Source: Flavobacterium sp. (GTDB lineage Bacteria; Bacteroidota; Bacteroidia; Flavobacteriales; Flavobacteriaceae). Taken from it: a stretch of 64,000 nucleotides of DNA. The position numbers were made by a program, and so were the translations under genes. A model generated the notes under the pieces. The model ran no database searches. It was not told where the DNA came from and was given only the letters and a program-made list of their open reading frames with translations. The stretch spans positions 3,111-67,110 of the forward strand of contig NZ_JAIXWA010000022.1 in assembly GCF_027482425.1 (NCBI RefSeq), read 5' to 3'. Position 1 is the stretch's first letter. Each line of letters starts with the position of its first letter. Positions 1 to 9,060 of the stretch are shown in pieces.

Positions 1-2
1 AC

Positions 3-1163
3 CCTAATAACGGGATTTCATTAGGGGAAGAAGAGCATAAATTAGGGATTCGCTCCTCCTCTACCCGTCAAGTTTTCTTTAATGAAACCTTGGTGCCCGT
101 TGAAAATATGTTGGCCGGTCGTGGTGAAGGCTTCAAAATCGCCATGAATGCCTTGAATGTAGGTCGTATCAAATTGGCCGCGGCTTGTCTTGATGCGCAA
201 CGTCGTTTGGCCAACAATGCGGTAGGCTATGCCAACGAGCGTTTCCAATTTAACGTTCCGATTGCTTCATTTGGTGCGATTCGTCAAAAATTAGCCAACA
301 TGGCCACTTCAGCTTTTGCTGGAGAAAGTGCGACTTATCGTGCCGCATACGATATTCAAAACCGTATTGCCATTCGTGAAAGCGAAGGCGCTTCTCATCA
401 AGAAGCCGAATTGAAAGGCGTTGAAGAATTTGCTATCGAATGTTCGATTCTAAAAGTTGCCGTTTCTGAAGATGCTCAAAACTGTGCTGACGAAGGAATC
501 CAAGTTTATGGTGGTATGGGATTCTCGGAAGATACGCCCATGGAAAGTGCGTGGCGTGATGCCCGTATTGCCCGTATCTATGAAGGAACCAACGAAATCA
601 ACCGCATGCTTTCGGTAGGAATGTTGATCAAAAAAGCGATGAAAGGTCATGTGGATTTGATTACGCCTGCCATGAAAGTGCAAGAAGAATTAATGGGCAT
701 TCCATCCTTTGACACGCCTGATTATTCAGAATTGTTTAGCGAAGAAAAAGAAATCATTGGCAAATTGAAAAAAGCCTTTTTGATGGTGGCGGGGGCAGCC
801 GTTCAAAAATACGGTCCCGATTTAGAGAAACACCAGCAACTATTGATGGCCGCTTCCGATATGTTGATTGAAATCTATATGGCTGAAAGTACCGTATTGC
901 GCGTAGAGAAAATGGCAAAGAAAAACGGAGCTGACACGTGTAAAGAACAGATTGCAATGGCGCAATTGTATTTGTACAATGCTGTTGATACAGTGTATAC
1001 CAAAGGAAAAGAAGGAATCATTTCTTTTGCTGAAGGCGATGAACAACGCATGATGTTAATGGGCTTACGTCGTTTCACCAAATACACCAACATGCCCAAT
1101 GTAGTGGCGTTACGAGAAACTATTGCCGAAAAATTAATTGCCGCCAACGGCTATTGTTTTTAA
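3..1163 (+). CDS. Acyl-CoA dehydrogenase family protein, 5'-truncated by the window edge
   Basis: The frame is open from position 3 (PNNGISLGEEEHKLGIRSSSTRQVFF...). It carries ACAD motifs GEGFKIAMNALNVGRIKLAA, IQVYGGMGF and RIYEGTNEI. Confidence 0.95.
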   Translation, partial: PNNGISLGEEEHKLGIRSSSTRQVFFNETLVPVENMLAGRGEGFKIAMNALNVGRIKLAAACLDAQRRLANNAVGYANERFQFNVPIASFGAIRQKLANMATSAFAGESATYRAAYDIQNRIAIRESEGASHQEAELKGVEEFAIECSILKVAVSEDAQNCADEGIQVYGGMGFSEDTPMESAWRDARIARIYEGTNEINRMLSVGMLIKKAMKGHVDLITPAMKVQEELMGIPSFDTPDYSELFSEEKEIIGKLKKAFLMVAGAAVQKYGPDLEKHQQLLMAASDMLIEIYMAESTVLRVEKMAKKNGADTCKEQIAMAQLYLYNAVDTVYTKGKEGIISFAEGDEQRMMLMGLRRFTKYTNMPNVVALRETIAEKLIAANGYCF

Positions 1164-1191
1164 TATAATTAGTTACGTTAAATTGTTTGAA

Positions 1192-1234
1192 AACCGTCTT
1201 TCTTTGGAGAGGCGGTTTTTTTTTTTTTTTTTTT
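1192..1234 (+). terminator. Intrinsic terminator
   Basis: Stem AACCGTCTTTC / GAGAGGCGGTT with a 4-nt loop, followed by a T run (19 T, 1216-1234). Confidence 0.85.
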
Positions 1235-1258
1235 AACGAAGAACATGGAGGGAATTAA

Positions 1259-1266
1259 TATCTTTG
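1259..1266 (+). promoter_or_regulatory. Bacteroidota sigma-70 -7 element (TAnnTTTG) for sodC
   Basis: TATCTTTG lies 12 nt upstream of the ATG. Confidence 0.55.
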
Positions 1267-1278
1267 AAATAAAAAAAG

Positions 1279-1800
1279 ATGAAAATCACGATACTTCGCT
1301 CGTTGGTATTAATAAGCTTACTATTTTCATGTAAGTCATCAACCGAACCCGACAAAACCGTAACAATAGCTTTGCAACCCAAAAGTAAAAGTACAGTTGC
1401 GGGATCAGCTCTTTTTACCGAAAAAAAAGGAACCGTTCTGTTGAAAGTGACCCTCAGCGGACTCCAACCGGGGGTGCATGCTATTCATATCCATGAAAAA
1501 GCCGATTGTTCGTCGGCAGATGCCACTTCGGCGGGAGGCCATTGGAATCCAACGTTTTCCAAACACGGGAAATGGGGTGAAGGCGACTATCATAAAGGAG
1601 ATATTGGCAATTTTACCGCGGATATCCAAGGGAATGCTACCGTTGAATTTGCCACCGATCAATGGTGTATTGGCTGTGGAGACCCGAATAAAGATATCCT
1701 CAACAAAGGCTTAATTGTTCATGAAAAAGCCGACGATTTTGTATCGCAACCTACCGGAAATGCGGGTGGTCGCGTGGCTTGTGCAGGAATAATAAAATAA
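1279..1800 (+). CDS. sodC: Cu/Zn superoxide dismutase, lipoprotein
   Basis: Lipobox LFSC. Metal-ligand motifs HAIHIHE, GGHWNP, HG...HKGDIGN and IVHEKAD, and the C-terminal GGRVACA. Confidence 0.93.
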   Translation: MKITILRSLVLISLLFSCKSSTEPDKTVTIALQPKSKSTVAGSALFTEKKGTVLLKVTLSGLQPGVHAIHIHEKADCSSADATSAGGHWNPTFSKHGKWGEGDYHKGDIGNFTADIQGNATVEFATDQWCIGCGDPNKDILNKGLIVHEKADDFVSQPTGNAGGRVACAGIIK

Positions 1801-1864
1801 GTCTCAAAAATCGACTGCTATATAATTCGCCTATTTCAAATGCTTTCCCAAATGCAATGGCCAA

Positions 1865-3061
1865 ATGATTAACCCTTCGGTACACGGTTGGATTGAAAAG
1901 TATTTCACTGAAGTGTCCCCACCACACTTGAGCGAAAACCTCACTGCGGAAGATTGGTACGAGGAACTGCGAGAAACGGGTTTCATTTACGGACACACCC
2001 TACAATTGCCAGGTATTCCCACAGAGACCAATATTCTTTGGTCGACAGAGGAACGTTCCAAAATTGCGCTTCTGTACGCCTTGCTTGCCGTGTATCAATT
2101 TACCACAAAACAACAAGATCAAATCGATTTTACCCAAAGGGCCAGTGCGTTTTACCAAGAAATGTCACCTGCTGGAATTGGTCAATTATGGAAAAATCTA
2201 CTCCCCGCTTCACCTTCACAAAAGCTCGAAAGTTTTATCGATGGTCGAGTACAAACGAATAAAGATATTTTTCGTAAAAACTTTTCCCATATCGTAACCA
2301 ATGCGCTACTATTTGTCGATGTCCTTGCGTTTCGGCATTTCCTCCTCAAAGGAAGTATCCCCGATAAGTATTTGAAGCGCATCGAGGAAACTTTAATGGG
2401 ACTTGTTTCGTTGGCGTTACGCGTTAAGGGGGAAAAAACAGTGCATGATGATTTGTTGATCAAACTTTTTGACGCCTCGGTGCGGTATACCAAATTTTCA
2501 AAAATCAACATCACAGGAATTCATCAACTACCTTTTGAAGAATTTAAAGACCCGCTTGAATCCTATTATTTTCTCGATATGGTTTCTTTAGCCTTGTGGA
2601 ATGATGGAAAGATTGAAAATGAAGAAAAGTATTTTGTGTATGCCTTGGGACAGTATTTACAAGTAGAGGATTCCTTTACCGAAACGGCCTTGGCTTTTAC
2701 CCATCAATTTATCAGTACGCATCGTTCGGAAATGCATTATTTTAACTATTCGCATCCGGTGAAGCACTTCTATGATCAAACGGCACAAAGCGTCATTTTT
2801 TTGATTAAACGGAACAAGAAACGGCTGACGAAAGAAATTCGGGAAAGCAAGGAACTTATGCAATTGTTGGCCCAATCTACGCAACGCGATTTGGATGCCG
2901 AAGAAAAAAAGAAAATCAAAAAACAACTCTTGGATGTGTGTAAAACCATCCCTTCGTTAACAATTTTTTTGTTGCCCGGCGGTAGTTTGCTGCTCCCGTT
3001 GTTGATAAAATTTATTCCGCAGCTCCTTCCCTCGGCTTTTAATGAAAACTTGGAGGATTAA
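1865..3061 (+). CDS. LETM1-related protein with an internal TerB-like segment
   Basis: The C-terminus DVCKTIPSLTIFLLPGGSLLLPLLIKFIPQLLPSAF resembles the LETM1 proline-containing TM segment. LALWNDGKIENEEK resembles the TerB DG-x3-E motif. Confidence 0.7.
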   Translation: MINPSVHGWIEKYFTEVSPPHLSENLTAEDWYEELRETGFIYGHTLQLPGIPTETNILWSTEERSKIALLYALLAVYQFTTKQQDQIDFTQRASAFYQEMSPAGIGQLWKNLLPASPSQKLESFIDGRVQTNKDIFRKNFSHIVTNALLFVDVLAFRHFLLKGSIPDKYLKRIEETLMGLVSLALRVKGEKTVHDDLLIKLFDASVRYTKFSKINITGIHQLPFEEFKDPLESYYFLDMVSLALWNDGKIENEEKYFVYALGQYLQVEDSFTETALAFTHQFISTHRSEMHYFNYSHPVKHFYDQTAQSVIFLIKRNKKRLTKEIRESKELMQLLAQSTQRDLDAEEKKKIKKQLLDVCKTIPSLTIFLLPGGSLLLPLLIKFIPQLLPSAFNENLED

Positions 3062-3696
3062 AACTTCAAACGGTAGACTTCATCCAAATCGACGTTGGAT
3101 GTCAAATTAACATCCAAATCGGTTACATATCCTGAATTAAGTCCATAGACCCAACCATGAAGGGTCAAATCCTGCCCGTTTCGCCAAGCGGCTTGTACAA
3201 TAGACGTTTTGGCCAAATCAAAAACCTGCTCTTGCACATTGATTTCCACAAAACGATTAAACCGTTCTTCCTCATCGACAATGGCATTGAGATAGTCCTC
3301 ATGCATGCGATAAACATCTTTAATGTGGCGAATCCAATTGTCTATAATTCCAATCGATTGGTTGCCCATAGACGCTTTTATTCCTCCGCAACCGTAATGT
3401 CCACAGACCAAAATATGTTTCACTTTCAACACATTGACGGCATAATCCAAAACACTCAACATATTCATATCGGTATGCACCACCATATTGGCGATATTAC
3501 GATGAACAAATACTTCACCCGGTTTTGCCCCAATAATTTCATTGGCAGGCACCCGACTATCCGAACAACCGATCCAAAGTAAAGGCGGCTGTTGTCCTTT
3601 GGATAAATCCTTGAAGTAATCGGGATCTAAGGCTAACTGGGTTTCTACCCACTTTTTGTTGTTATCTAAAATCTTTTTATAAAAATCTTGACTCAT
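3058..3696 (-). CDS. can: Beta-class carbonic anhydrase
   Basis: GCSDSRV and HYGCGG zinc motifs, plus FVHRNIAN. Confidence 0.95.
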   Translation of the reverse strand: MSQDFYKKILDNNKKWVETQLALDPDYFKDLSKGQQPPLLWIGCSDSRVPANEIIGAKPGEVFVHRNIANMVVHTDMNMLSVLDYAVNVLKVKHILVCGHYGCGGIKASMGNQSIGIIDNWIRHIKDVYRMHEDYLNAIVDEEERFNRFVEINVQEQVFDLAKTSIVQAAWRNGQDLTLHGWVYGLNSGYVTDLDVNLTSNVDLDEVYRLKF

Positions 3697-3725
3697 GAGT
3701 AAGGTTGGTTAGTTTGGTTGCGTTG

Positions 3726-5369
3726 TTACGATTCTTTTTTCTTGATGACAGGTTCCATTCGACGTCGTAATACATTGTAGCGTTGTTCGATAGTCACAAA
3801 ATTCTGGTCTTCAAAATTCTCAATATCGTAATGTTCTTTAAATCCTATTAATTTTAATTTAATGTGGCGACTGGGTGCAATGACATCCCGAAACTCTTTT
3901 ATCAAATCCTGCACATCGTGGGCAATGTATACCGTTTGCGACGCATCAATTACCACATGAGCGCCCTCGGGAAGTTGGCGCAACGTCGTTTTGATTGATG
4001 TTTTGTTGAGAAAAGAAACTTCCTGTGCCAAATCAATATGAATAATATCGCCCGGTTGGTAATCGGTGGCACGAAAAACATACGACCGTTTCATATTGCC
4101 CCAAATGATAAAAAGAACATTGATGAGCAATCCCAGCGCAACTCCTTTTAACAAATCGGTAAAAACCACTCCGATAAAAGTCGCTACAAAGGGAATGTAT
4201 TGAAATTTTCCACGGTGGTAAAAATGCAAAAACATCTTGGGATTGGCCAATTTGTAACCGACCAACAACAATACCGCCGCGAGCGTCGCTTTGGGAATCC
4301 AGTTCAAGATATGAGGAATGGTCACCGCGCAAAGTAATAACAACAACCCATGAATGATGGCAGCCATTTTGGTTTTAGCACCAGCTGCTTGATTGGCCGA
4401 AGTTCGCACCACTACCGATGTCATAGGTAAACCACCTAGTAAACCACTTACGATATTTCCAACGCCTTGCGCTTTTAATTCCAAATTGGTATTGGTAAAT
4501 CGTTTTTCGGTATCCATTCGATCTGCCGCTTCAATACACAACAAGGTTTCGATCGAAGCGACAATGGTTATCGTAAAGGCAATCATCCATAATTTGGGGT
4601 GACTCAATTGGGTAAAATCAGGAAAAATAAACGTCTTTTTCCATGCGTCAAAAGAATCGGGAACAGGAAGTTGTACCAAATGATCCATTTGTAAGGCCCA
4701 AGGATGGTGGATGTTATTCCAGTAGCTGTTAAGAAGTATTCCCATCAATACGGCAATCAGAGCGGGTGGTACGAAGGATATTTTTTGTACAGCCTTAATT
4801 TTAGGCCAAGCGATTAAAATCACTAGGGATAACAATGTAATCCATAGCGCTCCGGGTTCAATATGCTGATTTAATGCCCAAAGTTCGCTCAATGTATTTT
4901 GCCCGTCGTTTTGCAAAAAAGCTTCATCCCCTTCAAAATCAGGATCGTAACCAAAAGCGTGTGGCAATTGTTTGAGAAAAATAATAACACCGATACCTGC
5001 TAACATCCCTTCAATAACATTGTTAGGGAAATAGTTGGAAAGGGTTCCCGCTTTTAGATATCCTAAAATAACTTGAAAAATACCGGCTATAACGACCGCT
5101 GCAAAAAATAAGGGCAAGGACCCCAAATCGTGAATCGCAGCAAAAACGATGGCGGTGAGACCCGCCGCTGGCCCCGAAACACTTAAATGGGAATTGCTAA
5201 TAGTAGCCACCACAATGCCGCCTACTACGCCTGAAATTATGCCTGAAAATAAGGGTGCTCCACTAGCTAAGGCAATACCTAAACACAACGGTAAAGCAAC
5301 CAAGAACACCACCAAACCTGCGGCAAAATCGGACTTTAAATGGGCGAATAGTGAAGTGGTTTTAGACAT
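3726..5369 (-). CDS. SulP/SLC26 family anion (probably bicarbonate) transporter with a STAS-like C-terminus
   Basis: DFAAGLVVFLVALPLCLGIALASG, VSGPAAG and GGLPMTSVVVRT, with many TM helices. ATG at 5369 is preferred over the ORF-track start at 5384. Confidence 0.92.
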   Translation of the reverse strand: MSKTTSLFAHLKSDFAAGLVVFLVALPLCLGIALASGAPLFSGIISGVVGGIVVATISNSHLSVSGPAAGLTAIVFAAIHDLGSLPLFFAAVVIAGIFQVILGYLKAGTLSNYFPNNVIEGMLAGIGVIIFLKQLPHAFGYDPDFEGDEAFLQNDGQNTLSELWALNQHIEPGALWITLLSLVILIAWPKIKAVQKISFVPPALIAVLMGILLNSYWNNIHHPWALQMDHLVQLPVPDSFDAWKKTFIFPDFTQLSHPKLWMIAFTITIVASIETLLCIEAADRMDTEKRFTNTNLELKAQGVGNIVSGLLGGLPMTSVVVRTSANQAAGAKTKMAAIIHGLLLLLCAVTIPHILNWIPKATLAAVLLLVGYKLANPKMFLHFYHRGKFQYIPFVATFIGVVFTDLLKGVALGLLINVLFIIWGNMKRSYVFRATDYQPGDIIHIDLAQEVSFLNKTSIKTTLRQLPEGAHVVIDASQTVYIAHDVQDLIKEFRDVIAPSRHIKLKLIGFKEHYDIENFEDQNFVTIEQRYNVLRRRMEPVIKKKES

Positions 5370-5616
5370 ATGCACGATTAACAAGCGAAAGGGTTGAGGA
5401 ATATAGAATCGTTGTTAACCGTTTCATGAAAAACGAAAGGGCTTGATTGAACCAGTATATTTTCATGCGCATGTTGTGAATGCAGCGCACCAACGCTGTG
5501 GGAAATCCCAACTGCATTAACTGAAAAAGTCTAAAAGCAAAGTCAAAGCGAATCACTAAACAAAAATAGCCATTCCGAAAGAATACGAAAGACTATTTTG
5601 AAAAATTAAACATGAC

Positions 5617-6094
5617 TTAAATTTCTCGCTCCAACCAAGCGCTCAACATCCAAATGGTTTTTTCCTGTTCAACGATAAAATCACTCATCATACTGCTTGT
5701 ACCCACGTCACTGATAGCATCGGCCAGTTTTTAAATCACCCGTTCCATTACCAATAATTGAGGTAAACTCTCCAATAGTAACGCAATGGCCGCTTCATCA
5801 CTCGAAATATTACGCCCCACAGGCAATTGATTTTGTAACGTATAGTCCTCAAAGGTATGCAAAGGCGTACTTCCTAAAGTGAGTACTCGTTCGGAAATCA
5901 AATCAATTTTCAACCGGCTATCGTTGGAGGGTGCTTCAAATGTTAGATACATATCAAAAAAAGTTACCCAAGAATGTTCCAATGTAAGCCGCTTATTTTT
6001 TGATAATACACTTAAAATTAGTGAGTAAGCAATTCAGCTTAGACGCAATGATTTCGGTTTCTTTGTGGGGCAAACCCAAGCTGTTTTGTTTTAT
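5617..6094 (-). pseudogene. dps: Dps (DNA protection during starvation) pseudogene
   Basis: Dps-like pieces across three frames: IKQNSLGLPHKETEIIASKLNCLLTNF / VYYQKISGLHWNILG / FFDMYLTFE...KIDLISERVLTLGSTPLHTF...ERVI*KLADAISDVGTSSMMSDFIVEQEKTIWMLSAWLEREI. It has ATA in place of ATG, two -1 frameshifts and an in-frame TAA. Confidence 0.88.
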
Positions 6095-6205
6095 AAAGGG
6101 GTATTTATGTAAGAATAGAATTTGTGTAAAAAAAGATGTGCTGTTTTGTTTGTTAAAAGTATCTCCTTTTATAGGCGAATAAATATAAGTTAAATTGATA
6201 GTTTT

Positions 6206-6213
6206 TATATTTG
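6206..6213 (+). promoter_or_regulatory. TAnnTTTG -7 element for oxyR
   Basis: TATATTTG lies 18 nt upstream of the ATG. Confidence 0.55.
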
Positions 6214-6231
6214 CATCAAATTTCATTATAA

Positions 6232-7173
6232 ATGACCATCACACAATTGCACTATGTGCTCGCAGTAGCGGAATACCGAAACTTTACGTTGGCGGCCGAA
6301 AAATGTTTTGTAACCCAACCGACGTTGAGTATGCAGATTCAAAAGATTGAAGAAGAATTGGGCGTACTGATTTTTGACCGCAGTAAAAAACCGATTCAAC
6401 TCACCGAAATTGGACAGAAAATTGTGCATCAAGCTAAAAATATCGTCAATGAAGCCGATCGAATTCAAGATATCGTAGACCAGCAAAAAGGTTTCGTAGG
6501 GGGCGAATTCCGTTTAGGAATCATTCCAACCATCATGCCAACACTATTGCCTATGTTTTTGACCAATTTTATCAAAAAATACCCCAAAGTGCAGCTGATT
6601 ATTGAGGAATTGAATACGGAAGATATCATTTTCAAACTCAATAACGGTCACTTGGATGCGGCTATTGCAGCTACCCCATTACACGAAGAAAAAATCAAAG
6701 AAATCGTATTGTATTTTGAACCCTTTGTGGCGTACATACCTGAACATCATAACCATTTTGCCAAAAAAGAGATTCAAATTGAGGACTTGGATGTGGATGA
6801 GTTACTCTTGTTGCAAGATGGACATTGTTTTCGGGATAGTGTGTTGAATTTGTGCAAACGAAATGCTGACGATAAACGGGCGCATTTTCAATTGGAGAGC
6901 GGCAGCTTTGAAACGTTGATCAAACTGGCAGACGAAGGTTTAGGTACAACCTTACTCCCGTATTTGCACACTTTGGACCTAAAGGAAAGTGATCAAGCTA
7001 AATTGAGGCACTTTGTCGAACCCAAACCGGCGCGTGAGGTGAGTCTAATTTACCCCAAAAACGAATTGAAAATTCACCTTATCGATGCCCTTCGCACTTC
7101 GATTTCGGGGGTTGTTCGCGGCGCTATTGCCTTTCAAAATGTACAAATCGTAAGTCCCAAACCCACAAAATAA
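6232..7173 (+). CDS. oxyR: LysR-family H2O2-responsive regulator OxyR
   Basis: LysR HTH (NFTLAAEKCFVTQPTLSMQIQKIE) and redox motif LQDGHCFRDSVLNLC with both cysteines. Divergent from dps. Confidence 0.9.
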   Translation: MTITQLHYVLAVAEYRNFTLAAEKCFVTQPTLSMQIQKIEEELGVLIFDRSKKPIQLTEIGQKIVHQAKNIVNEADRIQDIVDQQKGFVGGEFRLGIIPTIMPTLLPMFLTNFIKKYPKVQLIIEELNTEDIIFKLNNGHLDAAIAATPLHEEKIKEIVLYFEPFVAYIPEHHNHFAKKEIQIEDLDVDELLLLQDGHCFRDSVLNLCKRNADDKRAHFQLESGSFETLIKLADEGLGTTLLPYLHTLDLKESDQAKLRHFVEPKPAREVSLIYPKNELKIHLIDALRTSISGVVRGAIAFQNVQIVSPKPTK

Positions 7174-7201
7174 AAAAAGGTGTCTCAACAGACACCTTTT
7201 T
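7172..7201. terminator. Bidirectional intrinsic terminator
   Basis: A7-GGTGTCT-caac-AGACACC-T5 between convergent genes. Confidence 0.85.
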
Positions 7202-7400
7202 GATCAAAGGGAACCTCGGTCAGACATTGCCTGAGTTCTGGTCGGTTATCGGTATAAAATTGCAGCCACTTGTGCAGCAATTCAATTTCGTAAGGCAATA
7301 AATTACTTGCGGCCTTTTTTAACTTTCTTTTGAAACGTTCGGGACTGAGGCTTACACGCTCCAATTCTGATTTCGTGTAATCGTAAATCAATCTGGGCAT
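7185..7400 (-). CDS. Small uncharacterised protein, paralog 1
   Basis: 71 aa with an ATG start; 32 of 60 aligned residues are identical to 7611..7808. Confidence 0.8.
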   Translation of the reverse strand: MPRLIYDYTKSELERVSLSPERFKRKLKKAASNLLPYEIELLHKWLQFYTDNRPELRQCLTEVPFDQKGVC

Positions 7401-7577
7401 AGCATTTAGGGTTTAAAAGGTTAAGTTACTGATAGATTGGGATAGTAAAAGTAACTTGTTCTTTTGAATTGACCAAACATTTTTCAAAAAAAATATCGTT
7501 GAAATACTTTTTTTGTCGTTAAAAAGCATTTACGAGCAAATATTATATATTTTTCTTACAAATAAATAATTGGTTAT

Positions 7578-7606
7578 AAAAAAAGGGAGCCGTTTAAACT
7601 CCCTTT
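7578..7606 (-). terminator. Intrinsic terminator after paralog 2
   Basis: Stem AAAGGGAG / CTCCCTTT with an A run that gives a U tract on the minus strand. Confidence 0.7.
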
Positions 7607-7610
7607 AGTT

Positions 7611-7808
7611 TTATCCGTTAATACTCCGTATACATTGGCGTAATTCCGGTTTACCTTCCGTAAATCGAAGGACCCATTCGGTGAGTTCTTCGAGTTCGTA
7701 AGGCAATAAAACCCGAACCGCTTTTTCTAATTCTTTACAAAAAAGGGTTGCATCAAAGCTGACACGCTCGAGCACCGATTTTGTAAATTCATAAATAGCT
7801 CTTGGCAT
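7611..7808 (-). CDS. Small uncharacterised protein, paralog 2
   Basis: 65 aa, sharing TKSxLERVS, LLPYE and PELRQC with 7185..7400. An upstream TAAATTTG motif lies on the minus strand (7882-7889). Confidence 0.82.
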   Translation of the reverse strand: MPRAIYEFTKSVLERVSFDATLFCKELEKAVRVLLPYELEELTEWVLRFTEGKPELRQCIRSING

Positions 7809-7920
7809 AGTCTGACAATTTATGGGTTAGACTTCAGATAGCGTTGGGGTAAGAACGTGTACAAATCAGAAATTCGTATATCAAATTTATTAAATTTTTG
7901 TCAGGATTACCAATTTTAAC

Positions 7921-8583
7921 TTAGTTTTTAAAAGCCCTTAACATTTCCCGTTTGCCAGGAGCTCCTGGAAGTTTTTCCACAGTAAATCCCGCTTCCAACA
8001 TGGCTTTCTTAATACTGGTTCGGCAGGCATACGTTACGAGTACCCCACCCTTTCGCATGGCGGCATATAATTTTTGAAACATCGCATTGTCCCACAACTC
8101 AGGCTGTACACGAAATCCAAACGCATCAAAATAGACCAAATCATAGCGATCGTTTTCGTTTAGGTCTTGAAAAAATTGTTGTCGTTTGGTGAGTGTAAAA
8201 TGAACGCTGATTGCCGTGGGTTGGTTCCATGGAAGTTGATGCATCGTATCGAAAATGGATTGATGCTGTACAACATTTAATGCCGAAGGATAATTCATTT
8301 GCGCCACTTCCTCTTGCGCCACCGGATAGGCTTCGAGTCCCACATAATCAATCGACTGTCCGCGCTTTTCGTGCTCCAACCAAGTAATAAACGCATTGAG
8401 TCCCGTGCCAAAGCCCATTTCTAAAACAGCAACGGACTTCCTCTCAAAAAGAGAAAGTCCGCTGTGGATAAAAACATGATACGCTTCTTGTATCGCGCCG
8501 TGTTTCGAATGGTAGCTCTCCTCCCACTCGGGAATATGGAGGGTTGTCGAACCGTCAGCGGTATATATAATTTGACGTTTCAC
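7921..8583 (-). CDS. mnmD: tRNA (5-methylaminomethyl-2-thiouridine)(34)-methyltransferase, MnmD type
   Basis: ESYHSKHGAIQEAYHVFI, VLEMGFGTGLN, YFDAF and PGKREML. The likely GTG start at 8583 overlaps the upstream stop. Confidence 0.88.
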   Translation of the reverse strand: MKRQIIYTADGSTTLHIPEWEESYHSKHGAIQEAYHVFIHSGLSLFERKSVAVLEMGFGTGLNAFITWLEHEKRGQSIDYVGLEAYPVAQEEVAQMNYPSALNVVQHQSIFDTMHQLPWNQPTAISVHFTLTKRQQFFQDLNENDRYDLVYFDAFGFRVQPELWDNAMFQKLYAAMRKGGVLVTYACRTSIKKAMLEAGFTVEKLPGAPGKREMLRAFKN

Positions 8584-9059
8584 TAGGGAATGTACAACTT
8601 TTTGATACGCACCAGAGGCCCTCCACATTTTTGCTCATGGCATTGCACACAAGCATCAATCCCAGCATTGAAATGCACTTTGGCATTCTTTGGGTCGGCA
8701 TACAATTGCTTTTGCGCTTCGATGTAGGCTTTGGCACGCGCTTTAAAAAAGGCATCGTTTTCGGAGGGATCAGTCATTTCAGCCGTATGGATTTTCAGGT
8801 AATGCTCTGGAAAACTCCCTACCGCTTCTCTTTTAATGATTCGTTCGCGTAATCGTTTGTTGTCGACATACATCTGTTCCATCAAAGCAGCCATTTCGGT
8901 CATCTGATACATTTCAAAACCATCCGCATCCTTGACGGTTTTGGGTTTCTCACAGGCTTCTTTTGGAGTCGATTCCTTTTTAGCTACTGGAGGAGTTTCT
9001 TTTTGTTGACAGGAAACTATCGCTAGAGAAAAGACTACTCCGAATACAAATCGTTTCAT
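8583..9059 (-). CDS. Lipoprotein with a C-terminal CxxCH heme-binding motif (cytochrome c'-like)
   Basis: Lipobox IVSC, a helical Met-rich body and CVQCH near the C-terminus. Confidence 0.7.
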   Translation of the reverse strand: MKRFVFGVVFSLAIVSCQQKETPPVAKKESTPKEACEKPKTVKDADGFEMYQMTEMAALMEQMYVDNKRLRERIIKREAVGSFPEHYLKIHTAEMTDPSENDAFFKARAKAYIEAQKQLYADPKNAKVHFNAGIDACVQCHEQKCGGPLVRIKKLYIP

Positions 9060-9060
9060 A

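Noticed and set aside
1216-1234. T19 homopolymer
   Set aside because: It is the U tract of a terminator and is probably length-inflated; no separate function can be supported.
5362-5616. Possible small gene upstream of sulP (ORF 5362..5556 and other frames)
   Set aside because: No frame gives a convincing start or a recognisable motif; it may be a decayed gene, but I cannot support that.
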